The position numbers and the translations under genes are program-made. From contig OZ024764.1 of assembly GCA_964016885.1 (NCBI GenBank), positions 6,200,001-6,264,000 on the forward strand: 64,000 nucleotides of DNA. The letters are read 5' to 3'. Below, in pieces: positions 1-15,029 of this stretch. The notes beneath the pieces were generated by a model. It was not told the origin of the DNA, did no database searches, and was given only the letters and a program-made list of their open reading frames with translations. Each line of letters opens with the position of its first letter. Within the stretch, counting starts at the first letter, position 1. The DNA comes from Eledone cirrhosa (Eukaryota).

Positions 1-905
1 TATGGTGTGGGTGAGTGTATGGTGTGTGTGTGTGTAGGTTGTGTGTGTGTGAGTGTGTGTATGTGTAGGGTGTATGGTGTATTGTGTGTGTGTGGTGTAT
101 TGTGTGTGTGTGTAGGGTGTATGGTGTATTGTGTGTGTGTGTGTGTGTAGGGTGTATGGTGTATTGTGTGTGTGTTGTGTGTGTGTGTAGGGTGTATGGT
201 GTATTGTGTGTGTGTGGTGTATGGTGTATTGTGTGTGTATGGTGTGTGTGTGGTGTATGGTGTATTGTGTGTGTATGGTTGTGTGTGTGTGTAGGTTGTG
301 TGTGTGTGTGAGTGTATGGTGTGTGTGTGTGTAGGGTGTGTGTAGGGTGTGTGTGTGTGTGTTATGTGATGGTGTTGTAGTCCAAGTGGCTAATTATGTC
401 CAGTTAACGAGATCAACAGGTCATGTGTCTGATATACCATAATTAGGGTGGAGATAGTTGAGACAAGGTTGAGGAAGTCCTACTGTGGTGGGGGGAGGGG
501 GTAGTGGTGGTGATGGTAGTCGTTATGTTGATGATGGTGGTGGTGGTGGTGGTGGTGGTAGTGGTGATGTTGATGGTGGTGGTGGTGGAGTAGTGGGGGG
601 TGGGTGGGAGTAGTGATGGTGGTGGTAGTGTGTAGTGGTTGGAGTGTACTGGTGGAGGTCAGGTAGGTGGTTGTTGTGGTGTGGTGGAGTGTGGAGGGGT
701 AGTGTGGTGGTGTACTGGTGAGGTAGGGGTGGTGTGGTGTGTTTCTAATGGTGGTTGCCTGAAATTTCTTTAGTCACATATATATATATATAGACTAAAG
801 ACATTTTAGCCTGATAGTGGGGCTTAAAACCCTCTAAAAACATGAAAAAGGATGAGTATTGACGTCAAAACTCATCCTTTTCCAGGCTAAATATGGCCGA
901 AGCTT

Positions 906-1195
906 CATCATCATCATCATCACCGTTTTACGTCCGTTCTTCCACGCTAGCATGGGTCTGACGGGTTGTCCTGTTGTGGGCAGTGTCTGGTCGGCTGACC
1001 ATGCCTTGCTCATACAGGAACTGATCTGGCTTGATTTCTACAGCTGGATGCCCTTCCTAACACCAACCTCATTTACAGTGAGTGCTGGGTGCTTTTTCGT
1101 GGCGCCTACACGTCCACTTTACAGTGTGGGCTGGGTGCTTTTTTGCCGGGGCACCTCCACGACCACCTTGCGGTGGGGGGTGTGGGGGCATATTG
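906..1195 (-). mobile_element. 5'-truncated RTE-tailed SINE-like repeat
   Basis: (CAT)n plus cagctggatgcccttcctaacaccaacc core. Further copies at 1988-2280 (-), 5575-6790 (-) and 36902-37310 (+). Confidence 0.8.
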
Positions 1196-2929
1196 TATCT
1201 ATCTATATACTACTAAAACTCTGTGATTGCTTGCTTGCTTGTCTGTAATGTGATACAACCAAAAGGGCACATAATGGGAAAATACTTTGATAGGAAGTTG
1301 ACCCTGGAATGGGAATACAAATGGAATAAAACAAGTTTTGCGTAAATTGGAGCCCGGGTTCCCAAGATATGGGGTTTTTCCGGGTAACTTCATAAACAGA
1401 GAGAGTGAAGGATAAAGAGAAAGAGATAGTGGTTGTGAGAGAGTAGATTGAAAGAGAGACATAGAGAGAGGGAGAGGAGACAGAGAAGCAGAATGGAAGA
1501 GAGAGAGAGAGAGCTGGTGGTGGTGTTGTGTGTATATATATATATAAGTGTGTGTATGTCTATGACCAGTGTTTATATATCACAGACACCCACATATATA
1601 TATACACATACACACACATATAAATATATATATACACATACACACACACACATATATATGTATATACATATATATATACATATATATATGAGTGTGTGAC
1701 TATGACCAGTGTATATAGATCACATACACACACATATATATATATATATACACACACACATATATATATATGTATATACACACACACATATATATATATA
1801 TAGGCCTTCTAGTTTCATTTCACATTATATACATGTCTGTGTATATTTTAATTATTTAAAAATTATTTTTAACTGAACATGATTTATAAAATATATTATG
1901 AAGTGAACATGACCCAACGGTTCACGGGTGGTCTAGTTTCTACTAAATTTCAAACTTTGCTCGCTGTCTCAAAAACAAATTTACTTATATCATCATCATC
2001 ATCATCATCATCACCGTTTTACGTCCGTTCTTCCACGCTAGCATGGGTTAGACGGGTTGTCCTGTTGTGGGCAGTGTCTGGTCGGCTGACCATGCCTTGT
2101 TCATACAGGAACTGATGCTGGCTTGATTTCTACAGCTGGATGCCCTTCCTAACACCAACCTCATTTACAGTGAGTGCTGGGTGCTTTTTTTTACCGTGGC
2201 GCCTACACGTCCACTTTACAGTGTGGGCTGGGTGCTTTTTTGCCGTGGTACCTCCACGACCACCTTGCGGTGGGGGCATGTCCTCATTGTCAGAATGAGG
2301 GTGGGGTTTTGAGACTTTCACATCATCAGAATTGTAATGGTCATATCCGTGGCGTATTGGTTACATATTTAGCAGTGGTTGTAAAGTATTATGGGGGAGT
2401 GGTAGAAAAATGTTTGAAGGGGTGTAACATACATGGCAGTCATTAACAATTAACAATTAGTTCCCTGTATGCTGTATCTGTTAATTTTTAGTTTATATTC
2501 TGATATTAGTGGAGCGACCATAGTGGTTTGCTTTGTTATGTGTGGAATTCTAAATAGAACTGTAGTATTATCAACTAATGTTGTACGATCTAGTTGTTCT
2601 TTTTAGGCATGTATTGCGTGGAAATGTTTTGTGATGGTTCCTTTCTTATAAGTGCATGGTTAGCTCGAGAAAAAGTGTAGTGTTTGTGTGACCAATGTAA
2701 CAATGATGTTTCTGAAGTTCACAACATTTATATGTCTACATTGAAATTTAAATATCAGGTTGGTCATTTGCAGTACATTCTGTGGTTGACCAATCTGTGG
2801 TTGTGTGTAAATGAGGAGGGCCTTTTTTTTTGGTGGCGGTGTTGGTGGGGTTTTCCAATTCATGATGTCCATGCATTCTTTTGTGGAACCCACTCAGATA
2901 GATATGGACAGGCAGAGACGAACTCACGC

Positions 2930-2960
2930 ATATATATAGACATACATACATGCAAACACA

Positions 2961-2998
<38 letters not shown>

Positions 2999-4268
2999 TA
3001 CATACATGCAAACACAAACATATATATATATATATATAGACATACATACATGCAAACACAAATATATATATATATATATATATAGACATACATACATGCA
3101 AACACAAACATACATATATATATATATATATAGACATACATACAAACACAAACATATATATATATATATATATATATAGACATACATACATGCAAACACA
3201 AACATATATATATATATATAGACATACATACATGCAAACACAAACATATATATATATATATAGACATACATACATGCAAACACAAATATATATATATATA
3301 TATATATACAAATATATATTTCAGCTCAGGAATTAACGAAAATCAATATATATATATATATATAGACATACATACATGCAAACACAAACATATATATATA
3401 TATATATAGACATACATACATGCAAACACAAACATATATATATATAGACATACATACATGCAAACACAAACATCATACATACATGCAAACACAAACATAT
3501 ATATATATATATATAGACATACATACATGCAAACACAAACATATATATATATAGACATACATACATGCAAACACAAACATATATATATATATATATATAG
3601 ACATACATACATGCAAACACAAACATATATATATATATATATATAGACATACATACATGCAAACACAAATATATATATATATATATATATATACAAATAT
3701 ATATTTCAGCTCAGGAATTAACGAAAATCAATATATATATATATATATAGACATACATACATGCAAACACAAACATATATATATATATAGACATACATAC
3801 ATGCAAACACAAACATCATACATACATGCAAACACAAACATATATATATATATATATAGACATACATACATGCAAACACAAACATATATATATATATATA
3901 TATAGACATACATACATGCAAACACAAACATATATATATATATATATATATAGACATACATACATGCAAACACAAACATATATATATATATATAGACATA
4001 CATACATGCAAACACAAACATATATATATATATAGACATACATACATGCAAACACAAATATATATATATATAGACATACATACATGCAAACACAAACATA
4101 TATATATATATATAGACATACATACATGCAAACACATATATATATATATATATAGACATACATACATGCAAACACAAACATATATATATATATATATATA
4201 TAGACATACATACATAAATGCAAACACAAACATATATATATATATAGACATACATACATGCAAACATA

Positions 4269-4308
<40 letters not shown>

Positions 4309-4330
4309 CATGCACACGTGCAGACGCAAA
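2930..4330. repeat. Compound minisatellite GACATACATACATGCAAACACAAACA(TA)n with ~385-bp higher-order duplication
   Basis: A unique 38-bp insert recurs at 3309-3346 and 3694-3731. Confidence 0.9.
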
Positions 4331-4366
4331 CACAAACATACAGACATACACACATTTATATATATG

Positions 4367-4397
<31 letters not shown>

Positions 4398-4507
4398 AGA
4401 ACATCTTTTGTTCTTATATATTATGTATACTCCAGTCCTACAAACTGTAGAGTGCTTCTTATCCGATATCTGCATTGCTTTATTGTACTACAATAAAACT
4501 CACCTCC

Positions 4508-4564
<57 letters not shown>

Positions 4565-5743
4565 AAATTAATGTAAGCAAAAAGCCAATAATTCAGACAT
4601 ATAAGTGACTATAACATCAAGATGAAAAATTTTCAACGTAAGATTCGGGATAAGTAATACAATCTTAAAATCAAGAAAAAATACTTAACCATCAATTTGG
4701 GGGAAAACTACAAATGCACTATATAGTCTTAAAAGACTATTTCACGAAACTTTTCAGTGGGGTTAGTCACGGTTGGGATCAATCTTCAGTAGTGCTCAAC
4801 ACATTAACTAGAATGCTGCTAAAATGTCGGAGGGGAATTAAAAGCAGGCATATGTAGGAAAAGGTATGACCCCGACGGCAGAGCTCAAGCCGTTTCGACG
4901 GGTATTTCTGAGTCCAGAAATAGCCGTCGAAACGGCTTGAGCTCTGCCATCGGGGTCATAAATTTTTCTATTACCCACTCTACTACCCAAAGTATTGAGT
5001 ACTCTGGTGCGTTATGGTCCATCTGGTTCAGACAGACAAGAAAGACAACACATTTTTAGGATTTTTTTGCTTAGATATTTCTGCTTTTTTTGTTTTGACT
5101 GCATGCCCATATATGGACTGTACTCTTTGACAAGTTCAGCTAGATTCCTGCCATTCTAATACTGGTGGCTTAGTTCGGATCTAGCTGTCGAAACAGCCGG
5201 AGCTCAGCTGTTGGGGTCCTGACTCTTTTCCTATATAAATTTATGTGGGTGAATTGGCAGATTCGTTAGAGTGTTGGATAGAATGGTTTATGGTATTTGA
5301 TCCGACTCTCTGCTGTCAAATCCTGCTGGGGTCAAATCCTGGTCAGTTCAAATCCTGCTGGGGTCAACTTTGCTTTTCATCATTTCGAGGTCGATAGAAA
5401 AAAGTACCAGTCTACTACTGGGGTAGATTCTTCCTCTATCTCTTTCTCGTTTCCTCTCTCTCACTTTCTATCTCTCTCTGGAAGAAATCTGCTGTACTCA
5501 GGCCTGGAGACACCATATGTCAACATGCCACCACTACGACTCCCGCAGGAGTTACGGGGGACTATACCATACCATATCATCATCATCATCACTGTTTTAC
5601 GTCCGTTCTTCCACGCTAGCATGGTTTAGACGGGTTGTCCTGTTGTGGGCAGTGTCCAGTCGGCTGACCTTGTCTTGCTCATACGGGAACTGATTCTGGC
5701 TTGATTTCTACAGCTGGATGCCCTTCCTAACACCAACCTCATT

Positions 5744-6640
5744 TACAGTGAGTGCTGGGTGCTTTTTTGCCGTGGCACCTCCACGACCACTTTGCAGTGT
5801 GGGCTGGGTGCTTTTTTGCCGTGGCACCTCCACGACCACTTTACAGTGTGGGCTGGGTGCTTTTTTGCCGTGGCACCTCCACGACCACTTTACAGTGTGG
5901 GCTGGGTGCTTTTTTGCCGTGGCACCTCCACGACCACTTTACAGTGTGGGCTGGGTGCTTTTTTGCCGTGGCACCTCCACGACCACTTTACAGTGTGGGC
6001 TGGGTGCTTTTTTGCCGTGGCACCTCCACGACCACTTTACAGTGTGGGCTGGGTGCTTTTTTTGCCGTGGCGCCTACACGTCCACTCTACAGTGTGGGCT
6101 GGGTGCTTTTTTTGCCGTGGCGCCTACACGTCCACTTTACAGTGTGGGTTGGGTGCTTTTTTTGCCGTGGCACCTCCACGACCACTTTACAGTGTGGGCT
6201 GGGTGCTTTTTTTGCCGTGGCACCTACACGTCCACTTTACAGTGTGGGCTGGGTTTTTTTTTTCTGTGACACCTCCATGACCACTTTACAGTGTGGGCTG
6301 GGTGCTTTTTTTGCCGTGGCGCCTACACGTCCACTTTACAGTGTGGGCTGGGTGCTTTTTTTGCCGTGGCGCCTACACGTCCACTTTACAGTGTGGGTTG
6401 GGTGCTTTTTTTGCCGTGGCGCCTACACGTCCACTTTAAAGTGTGGGCTGGGTGCTTTTTTTGCCGTGGCACCTCCACGACCACTTTACAGTGTGGGCTG
6501 GGTGTTTTTTACTGTGGCGCCTACACGTCCACTTTAAAGTGTGGGCTGAGTGCTTTTTTGCCGTGGCACCTACACGTCCACTTTACAGTGTGGGCTGGGT
6601 GCTTTTTTTGCCGTGGCACCTCCACGACCACCTTGCAGTG
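5744..6640. repeat. 49-50-bp minisatellite (~18 units) from SINE interior
   Basis: gtggcacctc at 5772, 5821, 5870 and onward. Confidence 0.95.
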
Positions 6641-6993
6641 GGAGGGTGTGGGGGCATATTGTCTATATGCTTCAGCTTCAGCTTGTTCCTGACCGGGGTT
6701 GGGTCTTCTGTATTACTGCATGACGCCAGAGGTCACGGTTGTGTGTCATTGCTCTTGACAGGTGCAATTGGGTAAGGTCGGCCTTTATCACCTCATCCCA
6801 GATATATACATATATATATATATATCATAATCACCATCGTCGTTTAACGTCTATCTTCCACGCTAGCATGGGTTTATATATATGTGTGTGTGCGTGTGTG
6901 TTTATATATATAAAACGTAAACAGAAACAACACAATCGGTACAGTATGTGGAAGGAATATATTAGGTTAACGCTTGAAATAACAGGAAGAGGG

Positions 6994-7029
6994 TCTTAAC
7001 GTTTCGGACGCTAGTCCTTCATCAGAAGA
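6994..7029 (-). ncRNA. Minimal type-I hammerhead ribozyme (Penelope-like)
   Basis: Minus strand reads UCUU CUGAUGA A GGAC uagc GUCC GAAAC GUU AAGA. Stem I UCUU/AAGA, 4-bp stem II, palindromic AACGUU stem III. Confidence 0.75.
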
Positions 7030-7444
7030 AAGAATGAGAAATAAAATAGATTGAGGGGACATACATGTATGCCATGTATATTCATTCTATCATTACCACC
7101 AAAAAGGGTCTGACCAGCCATTGATTACAGAGTCAGGCCAGATTGATAAAGATCGAATCTTGAGCTGATCGATAGCAAAACGCGCGTCACCATCCAATAA
7201 AAGTAATGAAAGGGTAACCACTCGTCCTTGTTTTATTTTATTATGGTGGATTGGCAATATCGGTAGAGGGTCGGACACCATGCTTTGACGCATAGAGTTA
7301 CGGCCCTTGCCATTCTGAGTTCAAATCCCGCCGAGCTTAACTTTGCCTTTCATCCTTACGAGGTCGATAAAATAAAGTACCAGTAATACACTGGGATAAT
7401 TGCTGGCATTGTGCCAAAAGTAGAAACAATTATATAAATTAGAA

Positions 7445-8192
7445 ATAAGAGGGATCAGATGTTGTTTACTCGAGAGAAGGCTACGTTGGTATGGTCACGT
7501 GATGCGCATAAAAGACGACAGCTGTATAAAAAAGTGCAGGGCAATAAAAGTAGACGGTAGCCACGGAGTAGGCAGACCCAGAAAAACCTGGGATGACTTG
7601 ATAAATTCCGACCTCACACACTTACACCTCTCCAAGACAATGTCACTGGACCGAGATCTTTGGTGCTACACAGTCATACAGAAGACCCGCCTTGCCTAAG
7701 TACAAAGCGAAACCTACTACAGTCAGTAGGCACCTCTAACAAAATACACCCCCCCCGTCCCACTACCCCCACCCCATCCACACCACCCCTTTCGATGTAA
7801 AGTTATGTTGGTACCACAACATTCAGCCCGAAACAAATGAGGTCGTGTAGGTGTCACGACAAAAAAACACACAGTCCACGCTGTAATGTGGCCGTGTAGG
7901 TAACACGGTAAAAACCTCCCAGTTCCACACTGTAAACGTGGTTGGTGTTAGGAAGGGGCATCCAGCTGTAGAAAACCCGCCAGACAGTCCACGCTGTAAT
8001 GTGGCTGTGTAGGTAACACGGTAAAAACCTCCCAGCCTCACACTGTAAATGTGGTTGGTGTTAGGAAGGGCATCCAGCCGTAGAAAACCTGCCAGACAGT
8101 CTTATGCGAGCAAGACAACCAAAGTGGGAAAACTCCCGTCCAAACCCATGCAAGCGTGGAAGATGGACGTTAAACGATGATGATGATGATGA
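7445..8192 (+). mobile_element. RTE-clade LINE 3' fragment (ORF C-terminus plus 3' region ending in (GAT)n)
   Basis: ERRLRWYGHVMR...GVGRPRKTW...DRDLW motif with stop at 7699. Related minus copy at 28948-29455. Related 3'-region-only copies at ~28210-28597 (+), 37338-38045 (-) and 38281-38635 (+). Confidence 0.85.
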
Positions 8193-8240
8193 TATATATA
8201 TGAGGGAGAGAGAGAGAGAGTCTCACAGATGAATGCACAA

Positions 8241-8275
<35 letters not shown>

Positions 8276-8919
8276 TATAAACACACACATTTATGCATTA
8301 ATTAATATATGTTTGGGTAGATGGGTCTGTTTATATGTATGTGTGTGTTTCTGTGCTTATATGTATGTGTGTGTGTATGTATGTAATGGCTTCTCCATTA
8401 TTACCACCACCACCACACTAACCCTGTCCTCCAGATTCTTCACCCCTTTCACACCCTTTTCTCCCCTTTAACAGTTGTCTTTAGAAGGAGGAGTGGTGGT
8501 GGTGGTGGTGATGGTAGTGCTGATGGTGGTGGTGATAGTAGTGGTGGTGATGGTAGTGGTGGTGGTGGTGATAGTAGTGGTGGTGATGGTAGTGGTGGTG
8601 CTGATAGTAGTGGTGGTGATAGTAGTGGTGGTGATGGTAGTGGTGGTGCTGATAGTAGTGGTGGTGATAGTAGTGGTGGTGGTGGTGGTGATAGTAGTAG
8701 TGATAGTAGTGGTGGTGTTGGTGGTGATAGTAGTGGTGGTGGTGGTGGTGGTAGTATTGGTGGTGATACTGATAGTAGGAGTAGTAGTGGTGAGACCAGG
8801 GTGTGGGGAAGAAGAAGGGGAGAGAAACCGGAAATGCTAACCCCCCCCCATCATTCCTGTAAAAATTGGGCAAATATTTTGTTTGTTAAATCTATTAATT
8901 TCTGTGTTTTCCCTCTCTC

Positions 8920-9657
8920 TCCCCTCCCTCACTCTCCCTCTCTCTCTCTCCCCTCCCTCTCTCTGTCTCTCTCCCCCTCTCTCTGTCTCTCCCCCTATCT
9001 CTGTCTCTCTCTCCCCCTCTCTCTGTCTCTCTCTCCCCCTCTCTCTGTCTCTCCCCCTCTCTCTGTCTCTCTCTCCCCCTCTCTCTGTCTCTCTCTCCCC
9101 CTCTCTCTGTCTCTCTCTCCCCCTCTCTCTGTCTCTCTCTCCCCCTCTCTCTGTCTCTCTCTCCCCCTCTCTCTGTCTCTCTCCCCCTCTCTCTGTCTCT
9201 CCCCCTCTCTCTGTCTCTCTCTCCCCCTCTCTCTGTCTCTCTCTCCCCCTCTCTCTCCCCCTCTCTCTGTCTCTCTCTCCCCCTCTCTCTGTCTCTCTCT
9301 CCCCCTCTCTCTGTCTCTCTCTCCCCCTCTCTCTGTCTCTCTCTCCCCCTCTCTCTGTCTCTCTCTCCCCCTCTCTCTGTCTCTCCCCCTCTCTCTGTCT
9401 CTCTCTCCTCCTCTCTCTGTCTCTCTCTCCCCCTCTCTCTGTCTCTCTCTCCCCCTCTCTCTGTCTCTCTCTCCCCCTCTCTCTGTCTCTCTCTCCCCCT
9501 CTCTCTGTCTCTCTCTCCCCCTCTCTCTGTCTCTCTCTCCCCCTCTCTCTGTCTCTCTCTCCCCCTCTCTCTGTCTCTCTCTCCCCCTCTCTCTGTCTCT
9601 CCCCCTCTCTCTGTCTCTCTCTCCCCCTCTCTCTGTCTCTCTCTCCCCCTCTCTCTC
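8920..9657. repeat. Polypyrimidine ~22-bp minisatellite (CCCCCTCTCTCTGTCTCTCTCT)
   Basis: Direct reading. Confidence 0.95.
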
Positions 9658-10058
9658 TGAGCAGCATCTCCTCATCCCCTCTATACCACTCTATTTATAT
9701 CCCCTGTCTCAAAATCTGTCTTGTTACATATGCATCTCTCTCTCTCTCTCATATATATACATACCATACATATATGTATATACATACATACATACATATA
9801 TATATACATACATACATATATGTACATACATATATATATATATACATATATATATGTACATACATATATATATATATATATATATACATATATACATATA
9901 TATATGTACATACATATATATATATATATATATACATATATACATATATATACATACATACACATACATATACATATATATACATACATACATATATATA
10001 CATACATACGATACATATATGTACATATATATATATATACATATATATATATACATAC

Positions 10059-10668
10059 ATGGTGGCTGCCAACTCGTTTTCGAGTACGGCCACTACTTTA
10101 TATCCATGTAGGAGAACCCCTACCGATGCGCTGAACGAGTGTGACTTTTTAGTCCAGCCAGCGACTTGAAAACTCTGGTACAAAGACTACACTTGTGACA
10201 ATTATTGACACATAGTGCTGGGCCCATGGTACCATGTGACGACAAGTGCAGAGAGATCTCCAGATATAAAGCAGTGCCTGTGCCGTGAGGCTTTTATAGT
10301 GAGCAAAGGCACTGCACAAAGCCAGTCCCACTCTCTTAACCAAGATGATATTTACCAAAAAGAAGAACAAGTCAACATCATTGGATACCATCAGGGTTGC
10401 AGGTGTTATATCAGAGTTTTCCTTCTCCTAGAATTCTGCCTTGACAAAGGCTAAGGGGTCATCTCTCCCGGTGATTTTGGATGGCCATTGACTCTTAAGA
10501 GCTCCTTTGCCCTTTGACAGGTTTTGTTTTTAGTCCTGCAGGATGTCCAAAGTCACCCTCCTCACCAAGAAACCTTGGTGGGGTTGCCAGTTTAGTCGCC
10601 AACGACCCGACCATGGGACAGGTTGTACTGGGATACATGTTACCAGTAGCACCAACTGGTGACCTGAC
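10059..10668 (-). mobile_element. ~600-bp interspersed repeat, probably a non-LTR (RTE-like) 5' UTR derivative, copy 1
   Basis: Near-identical reverse complement of 19330-19929. Diverged partial copies at ~28043-28165 and ~28730-28900. Flanked by TA/CA microsatellites. Confidence 0.65.
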
Positions 10669-10710
10669 ATAAATACATATATATACATACATATACATAC
10701 ATACATACAC

Positions 10711-10789
<79 letters not shown>

Positions 10790-10792
10790 CAT

Positions 10793-10957
<165 letters not shown>

Positions 10958-11254
10958 CATAAATATCCCATAACCCCTTGTGGAGTCCTAGAGGCACCGT
11001 CACATGATGTGTCTAGGACACATTTAAACCTGGCAGAGCCCAAACCTCTCCAGGTCTGAACACAGCAGATTTTTTCTATAGAGGAAGAATTGACACCAGT
11101 ACAAGACTGGTACTTTTGTTATTGACCTCGAAAGGATGAAAGGCAAAAGTTGACTGCGTCGGGATTTCAATTCAGAGTATGGTATGCAATGAGGTGGGAC
11201 AAATACTATATAGCATTCTATCTGACGTCTTAATGACTCTGCCAATTCGCCTAT

Positions 11255-12205
11255 CATCATCATCATCATTTTACGTCCGCTTTTACCTGCTTGCAAGGGT
11301 GGGACGGGTCTTATTCAGCACAGCATCTCTCCACTCGTCACGGTCCTTCGTCATCTCCACCGTGAGCTTCAATGATCTGAGGTCTGTTCTCACCACCTCC
11401 GCCCATGTTTTTCGTGGTCTACCTCTACCACGTCTTCCTTCAACTGGCATTTCCTGGCACTTCTTCACCCATCGGTCATCCTCCATGCGCATCACATGTC
11501 CATACCACCTCAGTCTCCTCTCCCGTACACTACATTCTATCCCTCTCAGACACAGTTTCTCTCTCAACACATCACATGTCCATACCACCTCAGTCTCCTC
11601 TCCCATACACTACATTCTATCCCTCTCAGACACAGTTTCTCTCTCAACACATCACATGTCCATACCACCTCAGTCTCCTCTCCCGTACACTACATTCTAT
11701 CTCTCTCAGACACAGTTTCTCTCTCAACACATCACATGTCCATACCACCTCAGTCTCCTCTCCCGTACACTACATTCTATCTCTCTTAAACAGTTTCTCT
11801 CTCAACACATCACATGTCCATACCACCTCAGTCTCCTCTCCCGTACACTACATTCTATCCCTCTCAGACACAGTTTCTCTCTCAACACATCACATGTCCA
11901 TACCACCTCAGTCTCCTCTCCCATACACTACATTCTATCCCTATCAGACACAGTTTCTCTCTCAACACATCCATGCTGGGTTGTTCACGCACATTGACAT
12001 TGCACATCCAACCGAGCATGCTTGCCTCATTTCTCTCCAGCCGTCGCATATCCTCTGCAGTTGCTGCCCAAGTCTCACTACCATGCAGCATCGTGCATCT
12101 CACACAGGCATCATATAACCAGCCTTTCACTCGTAGGGAGAAACCCTTCACTGCCAACAGAGGAAGCAGCTCCCTAAACTTCTTCCAATCTGTCCTTATT
12201 CTAGA
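11255..12205 (-). mobile_element. RTE-clade LINE 3' fragment with internal 80-bp tandem expansion (11490-11970)
   Basis: KKFRELLPLL..MLHGSETWA..RRLRWYGHVMR..GRGRPRKTW..DRDEWR with a (GAT)n tail. atcacatgtc recurs at 11491, 11571, 11651 and 11731. Confidence 0.9.
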
Positions 12206-14346
12206 TACTATGAAACAGTTCTTGTCCTGTAGAAACCATTTCTATATTAGATAATTGTTTCTACTATTGGCACAAGGCCAGCAATTACTCAGTACATTAC
12301 TGGTACTTTATTTTATCGACCTCGTAAGGATGAAAGGCAAAGTTAACCTTGGCGCGATTTGAACTCTGAATGGCAAGGGCCGTAACTCTATGCGTCAAAG
12401 CATGGCGTCCGACCCTCTACCAATCCTGCCAGTTCACCACCCTGCCAGTTCACCACCTTTCTATATTAGATAATGATGTTTACACTCTACAAATGTATTG
12501 AGTACCTTTTTAACTGTGGTTACTTTCTATTTCACTTGGGGTTTATATATTTATATACCCCCCTCCCCCTCTCCCTCTTTCCCCCTCTCCCTCTCTCTCT
12601 GATTCCAGAACAATTTCTACCACCACCCAACCCCCTGTTCCCATCTCCACACGATATCTCCCCCACCTCACTCCATTCCACAGCTGTATTCTGAAATTAT
12701 CTTTTATATAGTAATTTACCAAATTAATTGTTTTGGGGTAGGAAGTTTATTAATTGGAACACTACCTCCACCACCTCCATTAATACCACCACCATCACCA
12801 CTACAACCATCACCATTCACCCTCCTACCACCACTACCACTTCCTCTACCATTAATTCCCCCACCATCACCAACATCACCATCACCCCACCATCACTACC
12901 ATCACCAACACCCCCACCATCACCAACACCCCCACCATCACCCTCACCATCACCATCATCACCAACACCACCATCACTCTCACCATCACCACCATCACCA
13001 ACGCCACCATCACCCCACCATCACTATCATCACCAACACCACCATCACTCTCACCAACACCACCATCACCCTCACCATCACCACCATCACCCTCACCATC
13101 ACCACCATCACCATCACCCTCACCCTCACCAACACCCCTACCCCCACCCCGTCACCCCCACCCACCCCGCCGCCACCAACGCCACCATCGCCCTCACCGT
13201 CACCAACACCCCCACCACCCCCAACATCACCATCACCATCACTACCGCAGACAATAGCCAGTGACACCCACTGCAACAGCCACCCTACCTCGCGTGGCTC
13301 AGCGGCCGAACAATCCCTGGTATTCTTCCAAGCTTGCATGGGTTGGACGGGTCCTTTCCAGCCCAATATCTCTCCACTTGCCACAAAACCTCATCATCTC
13401 TTCCCCTCTCAGTCTCAGCCATTTGACGTACATACAGATATTTTCATTTCATCGTTTTATTTTTGTTATTCATCTTCTTTGTCGATTGACTAAATCTCAG
13501 AACTCATTCGCTTAGCAAGTGGGGGTGGAACTTGGTCAAACCGGTTCCAGGAAATATCTGTGTGTGTGTGTGTGTGTATCATCATCATTATTTTACGTCC
13601 AGGGCAGTGGATTGGCAGTATCGGTAGAGGGTTTGACGCCATGCTTTCCAGCATAGTTACGTCCCTTTACGATCTGAGTTCAAATCCCGCCGAGGTTGAC
13701 TTTGCCTTTCATCCTTACGGGGGTCGATAAAATAAAGTACCAGTAATGCACTGGGTAATTGCTGGCCTTGTGCCTAAAGTAGAAACAATTATTTTACGTC
13801 CAGGGCGGTGGATTGGCAGTATCGGTAGAGGGTTTGACGCCATGCTTTCCAGCATAGTTACGTCCCTTTACGATCTGAGTTCAAATCCCGCCGAGGTTGA
13901 CTTTGCCTTTCATCCTTACGGGGGTCGATAAAATAAAGTACCAGTAATGCACTGGGTAATTGCTGGCCGTGTGCCTAAAGTAGAAACAATTATTTTACGT
14001 CCACTTTTCCCTGCTTGCAAGGGTGGGACATCATCATCATCATCATCATCATTTCAGTTTACGTCTGCTTTTTCCCTGCTTGCAAGGGTGGGACGGGAAC
14101 TGATTCTGGCTTGATTTCTACAGCTGGATGCCCTTCCTAACACCAACCTCATTTACAGTGAGTGCTGGGTGCTTTTTTGCCGTGGCACCTCCACGACCAC
14201 TTTGCAGTGGAATGATAGGGACTCCAGTCCCTATCATCTCATTTCTACAGCTGAGTAAACTGCTTGCCTCATTATATATATATATTTAGTCTTTGAATTT
14301 GGTTTGCAAGATTTCTTATCTGAAAACATGTGTTGAAACAGATATA

Positions 14347-14722
14347 GTTGTACTTTGGGAGGGTCATGTTGCCAATGAAAACACATGCATCTGTTGGTTT
14401 TCACTTCAATTTATTATAAATTTCCAGTTGGTTGGTTGGTTGGTTGGTTGGATAACTGGATGGTTGTTTATATATTGTCGAAGCTCTTTCATCACACATT
14501 CTGTGACCTCCTCAAGATGGTGTAGGACAGAACAAAGGAGAGAGACAAAGTAAAAACCCAGTCACTGAGGAGGTCACAGAATGTGTGACGAAAGAGCTTT
14601 GACAATATATAAACAACCATCTGGTTATCCAAACAACCAACAAGAAATTTATTATAAATTGAAGTGAAAAACCAACAGGTGCATGTGTTTTTATTGGCAA
14701 CATGACCCTTCCAAAGTATAAC
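14347..14722. mobile_element. Inverted pair of PLE-like terminal repeats (arms 14347-14514 and 14566-14722)
   Basis: Arms are reverse complements with a ~51-bp spacer and the hammerhead at the inner end. A short copy of the outer end is at ~51202-51233. Confidence 0.65.
14561..14603 (+). ncRNA. Minimal type-I hammerhead ribozyme in right arm of inverted repeat
   Basis: GUCA CUGAGGA G GUCACA gaaug UGUGAC GAAAG AG CUU UGAC. Stem I GUCA/UGAC, 6-bp stem II. Confidence 0.65.
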
Positions 14723-15029
14723 ACACACACACACACACACACACATATGGTTATACTGGTATTAAGTCAATGTTCTCCAGCCAACGTCTAGCTCTCTCAA
14801 TGAATCTGTCGAATTGCAATAATGCAGCTGCAAATCAGCTGTTCGGAGTGCACCCAGTTAATAGCAGGTACGATGGCTGTGATTTGGTAGAGACAAAACT
14901 AAAAATCTCAACTCCTGGACAATATTGTTTCTGTGCAACAGAACTTCACAAATGCAGATATAGATCCTCAATGTTCAGAAAGTCACGTAATATCTGCAGA
15001 TATTTGCGTAACGGGCTGTTACACTTCAT

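Noticed and set aside
8801-10183. Long ORFs (up to 436 aa), and similar ones at 23435-24639, 25990-27882 and 31635-32608
   Set aside because: Translations of microsatellites and minisatellites with no protein-like complexity.
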